Positions 28,716 through 39,342 of a stretch of 64,000 nt of DNA are shown here, one piece after another. The stretch spans positions 96,001 through 160,000 of the forward strand of contig JBBIRK010000005.1 of assembly GCA_037441845.1 (NCBI GenBank), given 5' to 3'. Position numbers and translations under genes: made by a program. This DNA is from Candidatus Zixiibacteriota bacterium (GTDB taxonomy: Bacteria > Zixibacteria > MSB-5A5 > UBA10806 > 4484-95). Position 1 is the stretch's first letter, and the number at the start of each line of letters is the position of its first letter. Below the pieces are notes generated by a model. The model searched no databases. It saw nothing but the letters and a program-made list of their open reading frames with translations, and had not been told where the DNA came from.

Positions 28716-28834
28716 ATCAAACCTGAAACGTGGATAGCGGTTCCAAATCGCCCAAAATCGCGTTAAACGATTATTTATTATAAGCCATTGATCCGTCTTT
28801 GTAAAGCAGGAATTGGTTCAGCCGCCGGTCAATT

Positions 28835-30337
28835 TTATCGGAAGTAGCCTTCGGCGCGAATACTTCCTTGCAATTCATCTCCGAGACCGAGTTCGCCGCC
28901 GATATAATAATTGCCAAAAAGAGATAGATCACAACATATAAGTAAATCTCCTTTTCCATCCAGAAAATTCCTATTTCTGCAATAAAGGCGCGCCCGTTCC
29001 AATTCCCCTATCGCCATCTCCGTGGTGAAATAGCTTTTTTCATCGTCAACCCCTTTCCCTTCGAGAAAATATCCCCTGAATCCGAGACAGCGCAAAATCG
29101 GCGTTCCGGACAGCTCGAACCGGTTTTTCAACCAGAACCTTAGGCCGGATCGAAGAGTAGTGAGATTAAAAGATGTTCGGCTCGTGATCTTTTCTTTCAT
29201 GGGAATCGTCAAATTTCCTTTGACGAGAATGTGATATTTTTGCGAGGGCGAAGGCCACCATGATTGCATATCGATATTCACCCGACCGTTTCCGCCGCCG
29301 ATACCGAAACCTGATTCACCGGCCTGTGCCGAGCGAAAGCCGATCTTCTGCGCCGCTGGATAAAACGACCTATAATCATCGTTGGCTTCGCCCGAACAAT
29401 TATAGTTTTTGAAACCCGCAGAATAACTCCAGGCATCCGTTCGAATTGTGAATCCGGACATGCTTAAATCGATATTTCCGTGAAACCCGGGATTACCTTC
29501 TATTTCCGCCAGTTCGGCGCTTAATTTCGATCGCTCCCCCCGTCTTTTCCAATTGACTCCGAACGCCAGTCGCCGGTCGGCAACGGAATCCTGAGCGAAA
29601 TGATTATAACCGCAGTTGATCCCGAACGAATTTTCCGCCACCTTCAGATTGCCGCCGGCTCCCACGAAATTCTTGATCGCCCTCAGGTATTTTTTCTGGG
29701 ATAAATACAGACTGATGCTGGACGGCGCGCTTTCCGCTCTAATGAGCAAACCGTTGTAACAACCATTCAGTGGGTGAATATAATCGCCGACGGCGGTATC
29801 CGGGAAACCGGCGCTCGGCAAGTAATCGTATCTGCCTATCGTCAGGCCGTCTCCCTCATCGATATAATAATTGCCCGCTTTGATAGTAAAAACATCGCCG
29901 GCAAATATCAAGTTTCGTTTCCCTGATTCGATCCGTCCCCCCTCGTTAAACAGCTCGGTCATCGCGGAGATACCGCCCCTCGAGTAGGAAAAATAAGCCT
30001 TTCGTTTGGGTATGCGGACGGCGGAATATTGCTCATCATGGCCTATTTTTATGCCATAATCGGAATTATAGCGCCTCCACAACCGTCCATTTCGGCGCGA
30101 TTCCATATCGATGCAGGAATCCGCCGTTGTCCCTTGAGACTCAACCGTAAAATCAGCGATGCTCGTCAAATTTCCGTCTATGCTTTCGAGCAGCAATATG
30201 AACTTGTCGTAATCGATTTCGTCGGCGTAATAGGCTTGATAAATGTCATCGATGACTACATACTCGCTGCAATCCAGACCGCTGGAGACTGAGGTCAACA
30301 AGAAAGAAAAAATTATAATCAGCGCAAAAAGGATCAC
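28835..30337 (-). CDS. Secreted, probably outer-membrane beta-strand-rich protein
   Basis: Signal peptide, many Gly/aromatic amphipathic strands, ends EGYFR; GTGA overlap with the upstream gene. Confidence 0.6.
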   Translation of the reverse strand: MILFALIIIFSFLLTSVSSGLDCSEYVVIDDIYQAYYADEIDYDKFILLLESIDGNLTSIADFTVESQGTTADSCIDMESRRNGRLWRRYNSDYGIKIGHDEQYSAVRIPKRKAYFSYSRGGISAMTELFNEGGRIESGKRNLIFAGDVFTIKAGNYYIDEGDGLTIGRYDYLPSAGFPDTAVGDYIHPLNGCYNGLLIRAESAPSSISLYLSQKKYLRAIKNFVGAGGNLKVAENSFGINCGYNHFAQDSVADRRLAFGVNWKRRGERSKLSAELAEIEGNPGFHGNIDLSMSGFTIRTDAWSYSAGFKNYNCSGEANDDYRSFYPAAQKIGFRSAQAGESGFGIGGGNGRVNIDMQSWWPSPSQKYHILVKGNLTIPMKEKITSRTSFNLTTLRSGLRFWLKNRFELSGTPILRCLGFRGYFLEGKGVDDEKSYFTTEMAIGELERARLYCRNRNFLDGKGDLLICCDLSLFGNYYIGGELGLGDELQGSIRAEGYFR

Positions 30338-31758
30338 TTCAAGCCATATTTATTGATCTTGCGATATAGGGTTCTTTCGCCGATACCGAGAATCGCAGCC
30401 GCTTTTTTGCGATTTCCATTAACCTCTCTAAGCGTCTGAGCGATCAGCGCCCTTTCGTTCTCGCTTAGGTTAAGGCTTTCTTTCTGATCCGGCAGACGCC
30501 CGGAATATCCGATATCGGGCCTTAGATTTTCCACCACGTATTGTCTCAAAAACCCGATTTCCTCTTTAATCGAAATCAAGGCCTGTATAATCAACTGATG
30601 TTCCGCCGCTTCCGGCGTTCTTCCCGTAGGTACCGGCAGGTTTCTATCATGGAGTGATTTTTCTCTAAGATATTTTTCAAAAGCTTCGAGCGTAATAATG
30701 CCGCGGTCCGAAAGGACAAGAAGCGATTCGATTACGTTTTTCATTTCGCGGGCGTTTCCGGGCCAGTCGTATTTGAGAAACAGCCGCAGGGCGTTGGATT
30801 CTATGCCTTTGCTCCCCGCTGCCGAGTATTTCGATTTTGCGATAATTTCATACACGAGTGGAGGAATATCGCGCGGGCGCGCCGACAGCGGCGGTATTAT
30901 GATGTTCACGACATTCAGTCTGTAGAAAAGGTCTTCACGAAATCTGCCGGCGCCGACTTCGACCATTAGATTCTTGTTGGTCGCAAAAATGAGCCGGGCA
31001 TCGGTCGCCACCAAACGATCGCCTCCGACCCGGAAAAAATGCTTGTCCTCAATCACTTTCAGCAATTTGACTTGCAGATCCGGCGGCAAGTCGCCGATTT
31101 CATCTATAAACAGCGTGCCTCCGGCGGCCAATTCAAAATAACCGAGCCGTCTTCCTTGGGCGCCGGTGAATGAACCCTTTTCATGACCGAACAGCTCCGA
31201 TTCAATCACTCCCGGCGCGAGTGAACCGATGTTTATGCCGTAAAATTTCTCAGGCGGACGGCCCGATCCTCCATGAATGGCTCTGGCCACCATCTCCTTG
31301 CCCGCACCCGAAGGACCGGTGATCAAGACCGTTATATCGGTTGGAGCCACTTGTTGAATCATGCGGGCAACCGCAATCATCTCCGCCGATCTGCCGGCCA
31401 ATCCGTATTGTTTCAAAAGTTCGCGCCCGGATTGCTGTTCGCGGAAAAAATCGGCGATCTCCTCAGGCCTGTCGTCATCGGAGAAAACGCCGTCACAGAA
31501 TTCGGCCACAGCCGGCAATCGTGATCCGCTGACCGCTGCGGTTATAATCGATGGCGACTCGAGATAAATCCTTTCGAGCAGCCTTGACGATGATGAGTCG
31601 AATCTCAGATCGAATAGTATCCCCTCGGGTGATTCTTTTTTCAGGGCCGATCCCATCGCCTGAGCGTCTTCGAAAATCATCAATCCTCCGAACAGCTTCC
31701 GCAAAGGCGGCGACATCGACGCCTGAAAGTCCTTGTCGGCAGACAGTATCCAGATCAT
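30334..31758 (-). CDS. Sigma54-dependent enhancer-binding protein (Fis HTH) with degenerate receiver-like N-terminus
   Basis: GPSGAGKE, ESELFGHEKGSFTGA, FIDEIG, FREDLFYRLNV, WPGNARE, LGIGERTLYRK. Confidence 0.95.
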   Translation of the reverse strand: MIWILSADKDFQASMSPPLRKLFGGLMIFEDAQAMGSALKKESPEGILFDLRFDSSSSRLLERIYLESPSIITAAVSGSRLPAVAEFCDGVFSDDDRPEEIADFFREQQSGRELLKQYGLAGRSAEMIAVARMIQQVAPTDITVLITGPSGAGKEMVARAIHGGSGRPPEKFYGINIGSLAPGVIESELFGHEKGSFTGAQGRRLGYFELAAGGTLFIDEIGDLPPDLQVKLLKVIEDKHFFRVGGDRLVATDARLIFATNKNLMVEVGAGRFREDLFYRLNVVNIIIPPLSARPRDIPPLVYEIIAKSKYSAAGSKGIESNALRLFLKYDWPGNAREMKNVIESLLVLSDRGIITLEAFEKYLREKSLHDRNLPVPTGRTPEAAEHQLIIQALISIKEEIGFLRQYVVENLRPDIGYSGRLPDQKESLNLSENERALIAQTLREVNGNRKKAAAILGIGERTLYRKINKYGLK

Positions 31759-33881
31759 TTCGATCTCCGCTTTTTATCCGTCGACGGCAGCAGTTCAAGC
31801 GATCGTTTTTCGCTGTCAATTCTGGCCACGATCACCTTGATTTTGTCTCCCAGACGGAACACCTTCTTATTCCTACGGCCCGCAGCCTGGTGTCTTTTCT
31901 CGTCGAAAATATAATAGTCATCCCCAAAAGCGGAATAGGGGACGAAACCCTCGATAAACAGATCGTCTATTTCGACGAACAGTCCGTTACGGACCACACC
32001 GGAAATGGTTCCGTTCATTTCATACCCTATTTTATCGCGGAAATATTCGAGAAGCTTGATCTTTATCGATTCCCGCTCCAGTTCGTCGGCGATAACCTCC
32101 GTTTCCGAGCAATGTTTTCCGATTTCCGTCAGGCCTTTGCGGAACCCGGCCGCGGCCTCGGAATCGAGTTTGCCGGCGATGGCTATTTTCACTATGCGAT
32201 GCAGATGCAGATCCGGATAGCGACGTATGGGCGACGTAAAATGAGCGTAAGTATCGAACGCAAGGCCGAAATGGCCGATATTTTCGGGTTGATAGACCGC
32301 TTTCGCCAGCGAACGCAGCATCAATTGATGGATGAACTCCTCATCTTTTTGGCCTTTGATTTTTTCCAGCACTCTTTGCAGCTTTTTAGGGGTAATGTCA
32401 CCCTTGAAATTGAATTTATATCCCATTTCCGCGAGCAGTTCGGCGAAATTGTCGATTTTTGTCTTATCGGGCCGATCGTGCACGCGATATAAAATAGGGG
32501 CCGCCAGCGATTGCATCTGTTTGGCGACTATGCAATTGGCAACCAACATGAATTCCTCTATCAACCGGTGGCTGTCGTATCGGGGATAACGGAAGATATC
32601 GACGATGTTTCCTTTGGTGTCGAGCACGACTTTGGGTTCCGGCAAATCGAAATCGAGGCTGCCTTCTTTGAGTCTTTTGTTTCTAAGAATTTTCGCCAAT
32701 TCATTCATATCCAATAGAAGGTCTTTGAATGGAGCCGTTTTCGCGTTCGGATTCCCGTCGAGGCACGCTTGAACGTCATCATAATTGAGTGAAGCTCTGC
32801 TTCTGATCACGCTCGGAACGATCGAGTGCTTTTTGATGTTTCCCGCCCGGTCGATATCGGCGAACACGCTCAAGGTGAGACGATCCACGCCTTCGTGAAG
32901 GCTGCAGACATCGCCGGACAGTTTTTCCGGCAACATTGGGATCACCCGATCAACCAGATAGATCGAATTTCCCCGAAGCAACGCTTCCCGATCAAGATCG
33001 CTTCCAGCCTTCACATAGTGCGAAACATCGGCGATATGCACCCCGAGTTTCCACATGCCGTTCTCCGTTCGTTCGAGACTCACGGCATCATCATGGTCTT
33101 TGGCGTCGGCCGGATCGATCGTGAACACCGGGATTTTTCGCAGGTCAAGTCTGCCTTTCAGATCCGCGGCGGTGATCTTGACCGGGATTCCTTTCGATTC
33201 GCGCTGGCTCTCCGGTGAAAATTCGATGGGCACGCCCGACGAACGGACCAAAGCATCGATATCGACCCCCGGAGACCCGGCGGGCCCCAGAATTTCGGAT
33301 ATTTTCCCGGTGGGCGGCAGATAATCCGCCTTCCAATCATAGAGAACCACGACCGCCATATGGTCGGGTTTGAGGGCGAGTCCTTCAGGATTATCGACCG
33401 CTATATTCACCGAAAGCCTTGGATCATCGGGATTCAGAAGCCAGCCGTGCCTTGTCTTTATCAACCTTCCCACAATCTGTTTCCCCTGCCGTTCCAAAAC
33501 CCTAACGACTTTACCTTCGCGGCTTTTACCCCGGCGGAATCTCTTGAGTTCGACAATGACTTTTTCGCCGTGCATAGCGCCGCCGAGATCATCCTCCGAG
33601 ATAAAAATTTCGCCGCTGCCATCCTCGGGGATTGCGAAACCGATTCCCGACCTGGCCACGATCAGCCTCGCTCTGATTTTGCCCAGAGAACCCGGCAAAC
33701 CGAGTCTGCCACCCCGTTTATATTCTATTTGGCCGCTGGCTATGGCGTCTTTAATCGATTTGCGGAATCTGCGATAATTAGTATCACCTACTTTCATGAT
33801 CCGGGCCAGTTCCCGCGGCCTCGGAGGCCTGCCTGTTTCGGCGATCGCTTTTTTAATCGCTTCGATATTAATATCATTCAT
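31755..33881 (-). CDS. rnr: Ribonuclease R
   Basis: TIDPADAKDHDDA, VHIADVS, IEEFMLVAN, HFGLA...HFTSPIRRYPDL, C-terminal S1; start set at MNDINIE. Confidence 0.96.
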   Translation of the reverse strand: MNDINIEAIKKAIAETGRPPRPRELARIMKVGDTNYRRFRKSIKDAIASGQIEYKRGGRLGLPGSLGKIRARLIVARSGIGFAIPEDGSGEIFISEDDLGGAMHGEKVIVELKRFRRGKSREGKVVRVLERQGKQIVGRLIKTRHGWLLNPDDPRLSVNIAVDNPEGLALKPDHMAVVVLYDWKADYLPPTGKISEILGPAGSPGVDIDALVRSSGVPIEFSPESQRESKGIPVKITAADLKGRLDLRKIPVFTIDPADAKDHDDAVSLERTENGMWKLGVHIADVSHYVKAGSDLDREALLRGNSIYLVDRVIPMLPEKLSGDVCSLHEGVDRLTLSVFADIDRAGNIKKHSIVPSVIRSRASLNYDDVQACLDGNPNAKTAPFKDLLLDMNELAKILRNKRLKEGSLDFDLPEPKVVLDTKGNIVDIFRYPRYDSHRLIEEFMLVANCIVAKQMQSLAAPILYRVHDRPDKTKIDNFAELLAEMGYKFNFKGDITPKKLQRVLEKIKGQKDEEFIHQLMLRSLAKAVYQPENIGHFGLAFDTYAHFTSPIRRYPDLHLHRIVKIAIAGKLDSEAAAGFRKGLTEIGKHCSETEVIADELERESIKIKLLEYFRDKIGYEMNGTISGVVRNGLFVEIDDLFIEGFVPYSAFGDDYYIFDEKRHQAAGRRNKKVFRLGDKIKVIVARIDSEKRSLELLPSTDKKRRSK

Positions 33882-33963
33882 GGCATGCTCTCTTATGCGC
33901 CGGCGGCAGCGGCGTTGCATATTTAATTAGTAAATCGTCAATCTGAATCGGCGTTTATTGCGA

Positions 33964-34548
33964 CTACGAATCCGATTTTTTCCAAGCATAGCGCCCGCTG
34001 AACAGATTTTTCAATGCCTTCATCTGTTCCGGCTCGACCATCGGGAACAATCCGTCCGCCGAATAACCTATCGCAATCATGGCGACCGGCAGATATTTCG
34101 GCGCGATATCGAGAATCCGCTGAAGGTAGGTGGCCATGGTCGGGGTATAACAGCGCGCCCCAAGCCCTTCCTCATCCGCGGCCAGAAGAAGATTTCCCAG
34201 CGCCAACCAGGTTGATGCCGCCCAATATGGTTGTCCGGCCATGCCGCACACGATAAATATGCAGGGAGCTTCTTCGAGGAAAGACATCCGCCAAGATTCA
34301 TTCGTCACCGCATTTTCTTTTTGCGAGGCCCCCAGACAATAGGCTTTTTCCGCTTTTTCCGCCGCCTCTTTTATCTCCCTTTTCTTCGCCTTTTCGGTTA
34401 TAACCACTATTTTTATAGAGGATTTGGAGTTGCCGTTTAGCGGGTTTACCGCCGCTTTCAGAAGCCTGTTGATTTTTTCGCTGCTTAGGGGTTTGTCCGA
34501 GAAACGGTCAACGCTTTGATGCTTTTTTATTATTTCGAAAATGTTCAT
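33964..34548 (-). CDS. Nitroreductase-superfamily protein resembling the iodotyrosine deiodinase subgroup, degenerate
   Basis: KREIKEAAEKAE, FLEEAP, PY..STWLALG.LLLAA.EEGLG..YTP, AIGY. Confidence 0.75.
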   Translation of the reverse strand: MNIFEIIKKHQSVDRFSDKPLSSEKINRLLKAAVNPLNGNSKSSIKIVVITEKAKKREIKEAAEKAEKAYCLGASQKENAVTNESWRMSFLEEAPCIFIVCGMAGQPYWAASTWLALGNLLLAADEEGLGARCYTPTMATYLQRILDIAPKYLPVAMIAIGYSADGLFPMVEPEQMKALKNLFSGRYAWKKSDS

Positions 34549-36131
34549 AGTTTCAATGTACCGTCAAAATAAGCAACCACGCCATTAAAAATCGTTGCCA
34601 AGATATCGATATCGGGAATTTTGTCAATCGGCAGCCGAAATGGATCATCTGAGAGAACGGTGAAATCGGCGGCGGCGCCCACTTTTAGCACTCCCGTTTT
34701 ATTTTCCCAGCGACATAAGGCGGCGGCGCCCTCGGTATAGCAGCGGATCGCCTGGGCGACGGTAACGCTTTGCTCCGGAAACCATGTTTGTCGGTTATCG
34801 CCGTGCTTTTTGCGGGCGATCGCGGCGTAGATTCCGAGTCTGGGATCGGCGTTTTCGACCGGGCTGTCGGAACCGAATCCTACCGTTGCTCCGCTTTTCA
34901 ACAAATGGTTCAACGGGTAAGCATTCCCGGCTCTCGGCCCCCAATATTTATCGGCGACATCACGATCCGCGGCGATATGAATCGGCTGAACCGAGGCCCC
35001 GATATCGAGCCTCTTGAATTTGGAGATATCTTCTTTCCGTAATATCTGGGCATGTTCGATTCGATGCTTTAGTCCCAGTTTTTTGGAGATCGCCTGCTTG
35101 CGCGCAAAAAAATCGAGCACTTCCGCATTGGCTCGGTCGCCTATCGCATGGATCGCCAGGGAAATTCCTTTTAGATGAGTTCTTTCATAATACATTTCGA
35201 GCTGTTCGCTCGTCAAAGCCGCCACTCCGCAGTTATCCTGACTGCCTTCATAAGGCTCAAACATCAGAGCCGTCTGCGATCCGAGCGACCCGTCATAATA
35301 AAGCTTGAGATTCCCCACCGTGATGCCGCCGTGTCCATCGCCGGATTTCAATCCCAGTTGTCCGACAGAATCGATATCATCGGGGGAAAGCATAACGAAC
35401 ACCCGTAATTTCAAATTGCCCTTCGCCGCCGCTTTCTCGAACAGCCCCAATCGTCCGGCATACCAGTCGCAGTCGGCCGCGCCTGTGATACCCAGCGAAT
35501 TCAATTTCTTTCCTGCACGTTTGACCGCGTCGAGCTTTTGTTCTTCTGTGGGCGGCGGCAAGACCTTTTCGAAAATCTGGATGGCGTTCTCGAAAATAAT
35601 TCCGGTCGGTTCGCCGTTCGAGAAGCGTTTAATCAATCCGCCCGGTGGATCCGGTGTCGTATCGTCGATTCCCGCCGCTTTCAGCGCGGCCGAATTCACC
35701 CATAGGGCATGGCCGTCTTTCGAATATAAATAAACGGGATTGTCGGGGCAGATCTTGTCGAGTATCGTTTTGTCGGGAAAAGAGCCGCCCCAGATGTTCT
35801 TATCCCACCCGCGTCCGATAAGCCAGCGTCCCGGCGATAATTTTCGGGCCGCCACGCTGATAAGGGTGATCGCTTTGTTCATAGTATTGGCTGCAGATAG
35901 ATCGACGCGCTGAAGGCTGAATCCCAGCCCCAACAAATGCAGATGGCAATCGATGAAGCCGGGCACGACCACGTTTCCGTTCAGATCGATCACCTCGAAA
36001 CCGCGCCTTTTCAAATCTTTCATTTTGACCGATGGTCCGATTTCGAAGATCTTTCCGTCGAAAACGGCGATCGAATCCGCTCTCAATTTTTCGGGGCCGT
36101 AAATTACGGCATTTATAAACAGTTTTTTCAT
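34545..36131 (-). CDS. YtcJ-like amidohydrolase (amidohydro_3)
   Basis: PGFIDCHLH, DGHALWVNSAAL, K.YYDGSLGSQTA, HAIGD, RIEHAQ, GSDSP. Confidence 0.93.
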   Translation of the reverse strand: MKKLFINAVIYGPEKLRADSIAVFDGKIFEIGPSVKMKDLKRRGFEVIDLNGNVVVPGFIDCHLHLLGLGFSLQRVDLSAANTMNKAITLISVAARKLSPGRWLIGRGWDKNIWGGSFPDKTILDKICPDNPVYLYSKDGHALWVNSAALKAAGIDDTTPDPPGGLIKRFSNGEPTGIIFENAIQIFEKVLPPPTEEQKLDAVKRAGKKLNSLGITGAADCDWYAGRLGLFEKAAAKGNLKLRVFVMLSPDDIDSVGQLGLKSGDGHGGITVGNLKLYYDGSLGSQTALMFEPYEGSQDNCGVAALTSEQLEMYYERTHLKGISLAIHAIGDRANAEVLDFFARKQAISKKLGLKHRIEHAQILRKEDISKFKRLDIGASVQPIHIAADRDVADKYWGPRAGNAYPLNHLLKSGATVGFGSDSPVENADPRLGIYAAIARKKHGDNRQTWFPEQSVTVAQAIRCYTEGAAALCRWENKTGVLKVGAAADFTVLSDDPFRLPIDKIPDIDILATIFNGVVAYFDGTLKL

Positions 36132-37993
36132 GAGTTGGCTCCCGGAACTCGATAATCGCCTTCTCGGCGGGTTACCTCGAGCGAATCAAGTTTTTCCAAT
36201 ATTGGAATCATGTATTTCCGGGTTGTCCCCAAGTAATCTTTAAGTTGGGACGCCGTAGCTTTTCCTACCTGAGTCAAATACGACGATACCCTGGCCGCCA
36301 CCGTGGAGAAATCGTCTTTGGTGAGAAGCACGCCGCCGTTTAGCTCGATGATGTCGCCTTGGTCGCGAAGAAAATTTATGATTATCTCGAAAGCAGGGTT
36401 CCTCTCGATAAATTCTTTTTTCAACGGCGACGCCAGCGGCTTGGCGGACAGCACCGCCATCAGCTCTTGTGCGAGTTTTTTCTGGTCGGATTTCAGGTGA
36501 GGCAGGTATCCTTTGATTTTCAGCATGCCGTTGGTTTGTTCCAGCTCGCCGATCGAAATCATGTGATCGATAATTTTCGACAATTCCGCCACCGGCAGTT
36601 TCAGCTTTCTCGAGATTTCCCCGGGCGCAACGCCGGCTGCCCAGGGTTGCTGCCGATGGAAAGAATCCAAAAATTCTTTTATATGATCGACATATTTATC
36701 CAGGTAAGAGCGATCGATAAGCTCCGTTCCCGATTTCATCACGTTTTGCGCCCCAGCCAGATAATCGCTCAATTCTTTTTCGGTGAAACGGCTGTTCAGT
36801 TTCAGCCGTTTGAGGTCGAGACATCCGAAGCGCGCCAAATCGGTCTTCACTATGGATTCGATATCAAGCCGCCGGCGTATTTTCAATAACTCCGCCTGAC
36901 GAGTCTTCGACAATTTGATATCCGCGTAGTCCCAATCCAGAACCGTGCCTCCGCCGATTGTCCCCTGGGGGCTGATTTTCCTGATGATAAATCTGTCTCC
37001 GATTCTGCAGCAGATTTCTCTTGACAGTTTGATCACCGCAATCCCCGTGGAATCGGCCTCGAGCCTGTCGCAATCGAGGAATTTCACTTTGCCGGTCATT
37101 CCGGCGGTTCCAATATGAAATTGAATCTCGGCGTTGTTTTTCAACGGAAAGGACAACCCGGGCAGCGCAATTATCTCCGCCGCGATTATGGAGGTCGGCT
37201 TGAACCTGCCGGGCAACACCAGCGCCGATCCCCGAATCGCATTATCATGACCTATCCCACCGAGATTAACCGCCACGCGGCTGATCGGCATCGCCATTTC
37301 GATCGTTCGTTTGTGATTTTGAAGAGATCGCACCCTTACAAGTTTTCCAGCCGGGCACAATTCGAGCTCTTGACCCGTCCGGATCGAACCCTCGATTAAT
37401 GTTCCGGTCACTACGGTTCCTGAACCTTTGGCGACGAAACTCCGATCGATATACAACCGCGGTGAATCAAGATTTTTGACTCTCGGCGCGCGCGCGAGTA
37501 TCGCCCCGATAGATTCCATGATTTCATGTTTGCCTTTTCCCTCCGGCGCGTTGAAACAAACTATATCCGAATGTTCAAGAAAAGTCCCTTTCGTCCGCGA
37601 GCGTATCTCTTTCTTTCTTGATTCGATCATCTCATTGTCGACGATATCCACTTTGGTTAAAACAATCAGCCCGGATTCTATTCCTAATAGCGACAAAATC
37701 TGAAGATGCTCGGTCGATTGAGGCATCCAACCGTCATCAGCGGCGACTACGAACAAAACGGCATCTATGGAGCCGACGCCGGCAACCATATTTTTAATAA
37801 ATCGCTCGTGTCCGGGAACATCGACGACTCCCACCGGTTCGCCGTTTGGAAGATCGAACCAGGCGAAACCAAGATCTATGGTCAGCCCGCGCGCTATTTC
37901 CTCAGGCAGTCGATCAGGATCTATGCCGGTCAACGCTTTCACCAGCGTGGATTTGCCATGATCGATATGGCCGGCGGTGGCGATTACGTGCAT
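36128..37993 (-). CDS. selB: Selenocysteine-specific elongation factor
   Basis: [28 protein letters not shown]-terminal winged helix [13 protein letters not shown]...TRREGD.R. Confidence 0.97.
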   Translation of the reverse strand: MHVIATAGHIDHGKSTLVKALTGIDPDRLPEEIARGLTIDLGFAWFDLPNGEPVGVVDVPGHERFIKNMVAGVGSIDAVLFVVAADDGWMPQSTEHLQILSLLGIESGLIVLTKVDIVDNEMIESRKKEIRSRTKGTFLEHSDIVCFNAPEGKGKHEIMESIGAILARAPRVKNLDSPRLYIDRSFVAKGSGTVVTGTLIEGSIRTGQELELCPAGKLVRVRSLQNHKRTIEMAMPISRVAVNLGGIGHDNAIRGSALVLPGRFKPTSIIAAEIIALPGLSFPLKNNAEIQFHIGTAGMTGKVKFLDCDRLEADSTGIAVIKLSREICCRIGDRFIIRKISPQGTIGGGTVLDWDYADIKLSKTRQAELLKIRRRLDIESIVKTDLARFGCLDLKRLKLNSRFTEKELSDYLAGAQNVMKSGTELIDRSYLDKYVDHIKEFLDSFHRQQPWAAGVAPGEISRKLKLPVAELSKIIDHMISIGELEQTNGMLKIKGYLPHLKSDQKKLAQELMAVLSAKPLASPLKKEFIERNPAFEIIINFLRDQGDIIELNGGVLLTKDDFSTVAARVSSYLTQVGKATASQLKDYLGTTRKYMIPILEKLDSLEVTRREGDYRVPGANS

Positions 37994-39342
37994 GCTTTCA
38001 GCGCCTTTATAATCTCAGGATCTTGCTCCGGAAAAACGGTCATTAAATCGATCGCTATTTTGCCTTTATTATTACGTGCGATAATCGGCGGATTCCATCG
38101 TCTAAGAGCTTCATCAAGCCCCTCGATAATATCCGTGGCGATTATCCCGAAACTATCAAGCTCCGCCAGCGGCGTCGAACCGCCTCCTGCGGCGCTCTTT
38201 AGAGCGACCGGCTTGAGCGGACGATCCGGAAGCTCCTGGCAAATGCGCGCTGCCCGCTCTTGCAAGATATCAATACTGCACTTCATCAATTTGCCGATAA
38301 GCGCAGTTTCATTTCCAAGAATATACGAATGCAGTGTTTGTTCGAGCGCGCAAAGACAAAGTTTATCCGGTCTGACGGGCCGATAAAGCGGATGCTTGTT
38401 GAGCATTGCAATATATTTCTTTTTTCCCACGATTATACCCGCCTGCGGCCCGCCAAGCAATTTGTCGCCGGAAAAACAGACCAGATCCACTCCTGATTTT
38501 ACCGCCGATCGTATATCCGGCTCGATCTTCAGCTCCCCGCGGCCGAAATCGCTATACATACCAGATCCAAGGTCGTAAAGGCTGACGACTTTATTTTTCC
38601 TGGCTATGGCGGCGATGTCGGACGCGGCTGCTTCGGAAACAAAACCGATTTGAGCGAAATTGGAACGATGCACTTTCATCACCAGACCGGTATTGCGTCC
38701 GATAGCCCGGCGATAGTCGTTCAGACTGGTTCGGTTGGTCGTGCCGATTTCGCGCAATTTGGCCGCCGCTGCCCCCACGATATCGGGGATACGAAAACCG
38801 CCTCCTATCTGGATAAGTTCGCCGCGGGATACCACTACTTCTTGATCCCGGGCAAAAGCGTTGACGGCGAGCATGATCGCCGCCGCACAATTATTGACAA
38901 CCAGCCCGGCCTCGGCACCGGCAAGCACCGCGGCCATCTCCCCCGCGAGTTCTCCTCTCTTGGAACGTTTTCCCGCCGACACGTCGAATTCGAGATTGCA
39001 GTAATTAGTGGCGATTTGCGTCACTTTTTCCATTACATTCGCATCGATCGGTGATCGGCCGAGATTGGTGTGCAATACGACACCGGTGGCGTTGATCACC
39101 GGATTGATAAAAGAGGCCCGACGTAATGCGAAGCTTTCGATCACGGTTTCGGCTATATGATCGGCGCTCGGGATTTTGCCGGTTTTTTCCGACTCCTTTC
39201 GACCGTTTTCGACCACTTTCTTGACGATATACGAAACGTAGGCAAAAGACCATTCATCAAACAACCGCTTTATATCTTCCCGCTCGAGTATCGCCGATAC
39301 CGAGGGAATTTGTCTCAATCGCTGATAACTTTTAACGGCCAT
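37984..39342 (-). CDS. selA: L-seryl-tRNA(Sec) selenium transferase
   Basis: VINATGVVLHTNLGRS, VNN.AAA, VSRGEL.QIGGGFRIP, KVH.SNF, FSGDKLLGGPQAG. Confidence 0.97.
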   Translation of the reverse strand: MAVKSYQRLRQIPSVSAILEREDIKRLFDEWSFAYVSYIVKKVVENGRKESEKTGKIPSADHIAETVIESFALRRASFINPVINATGVVLHTNLGRSPIDANVMEKVTQIATNYCNLEFDVSAGKRSKRGELAGEMAAVLAGAEAGLVVNNCAAAIMLAVNAFARDQEVVVSRGELIQIGGGFRIPDIVGAAAAKLREIGTTNRTSLNDYRRAIGRNTGLVMKVHRSNFAQIGFVSEAAASDIAAIARKNKVVSLYDLGSGMYSDFGRGELKIEPDIRSAVKSGVDLVCFSGDKLLGGPQAGIIVGKKKYIAMLNKHPLYRPVRPDKLCLCALEQTLHSYILGNETALIGKLMKCSIDILQERAARICQELPDRPLKPVALKSAAGGGSTPLAELDSFGIIATDIIEGLDEALRRWNPPIIARNNKGKIAIDLMTVFPEQDPEIIKALKACT

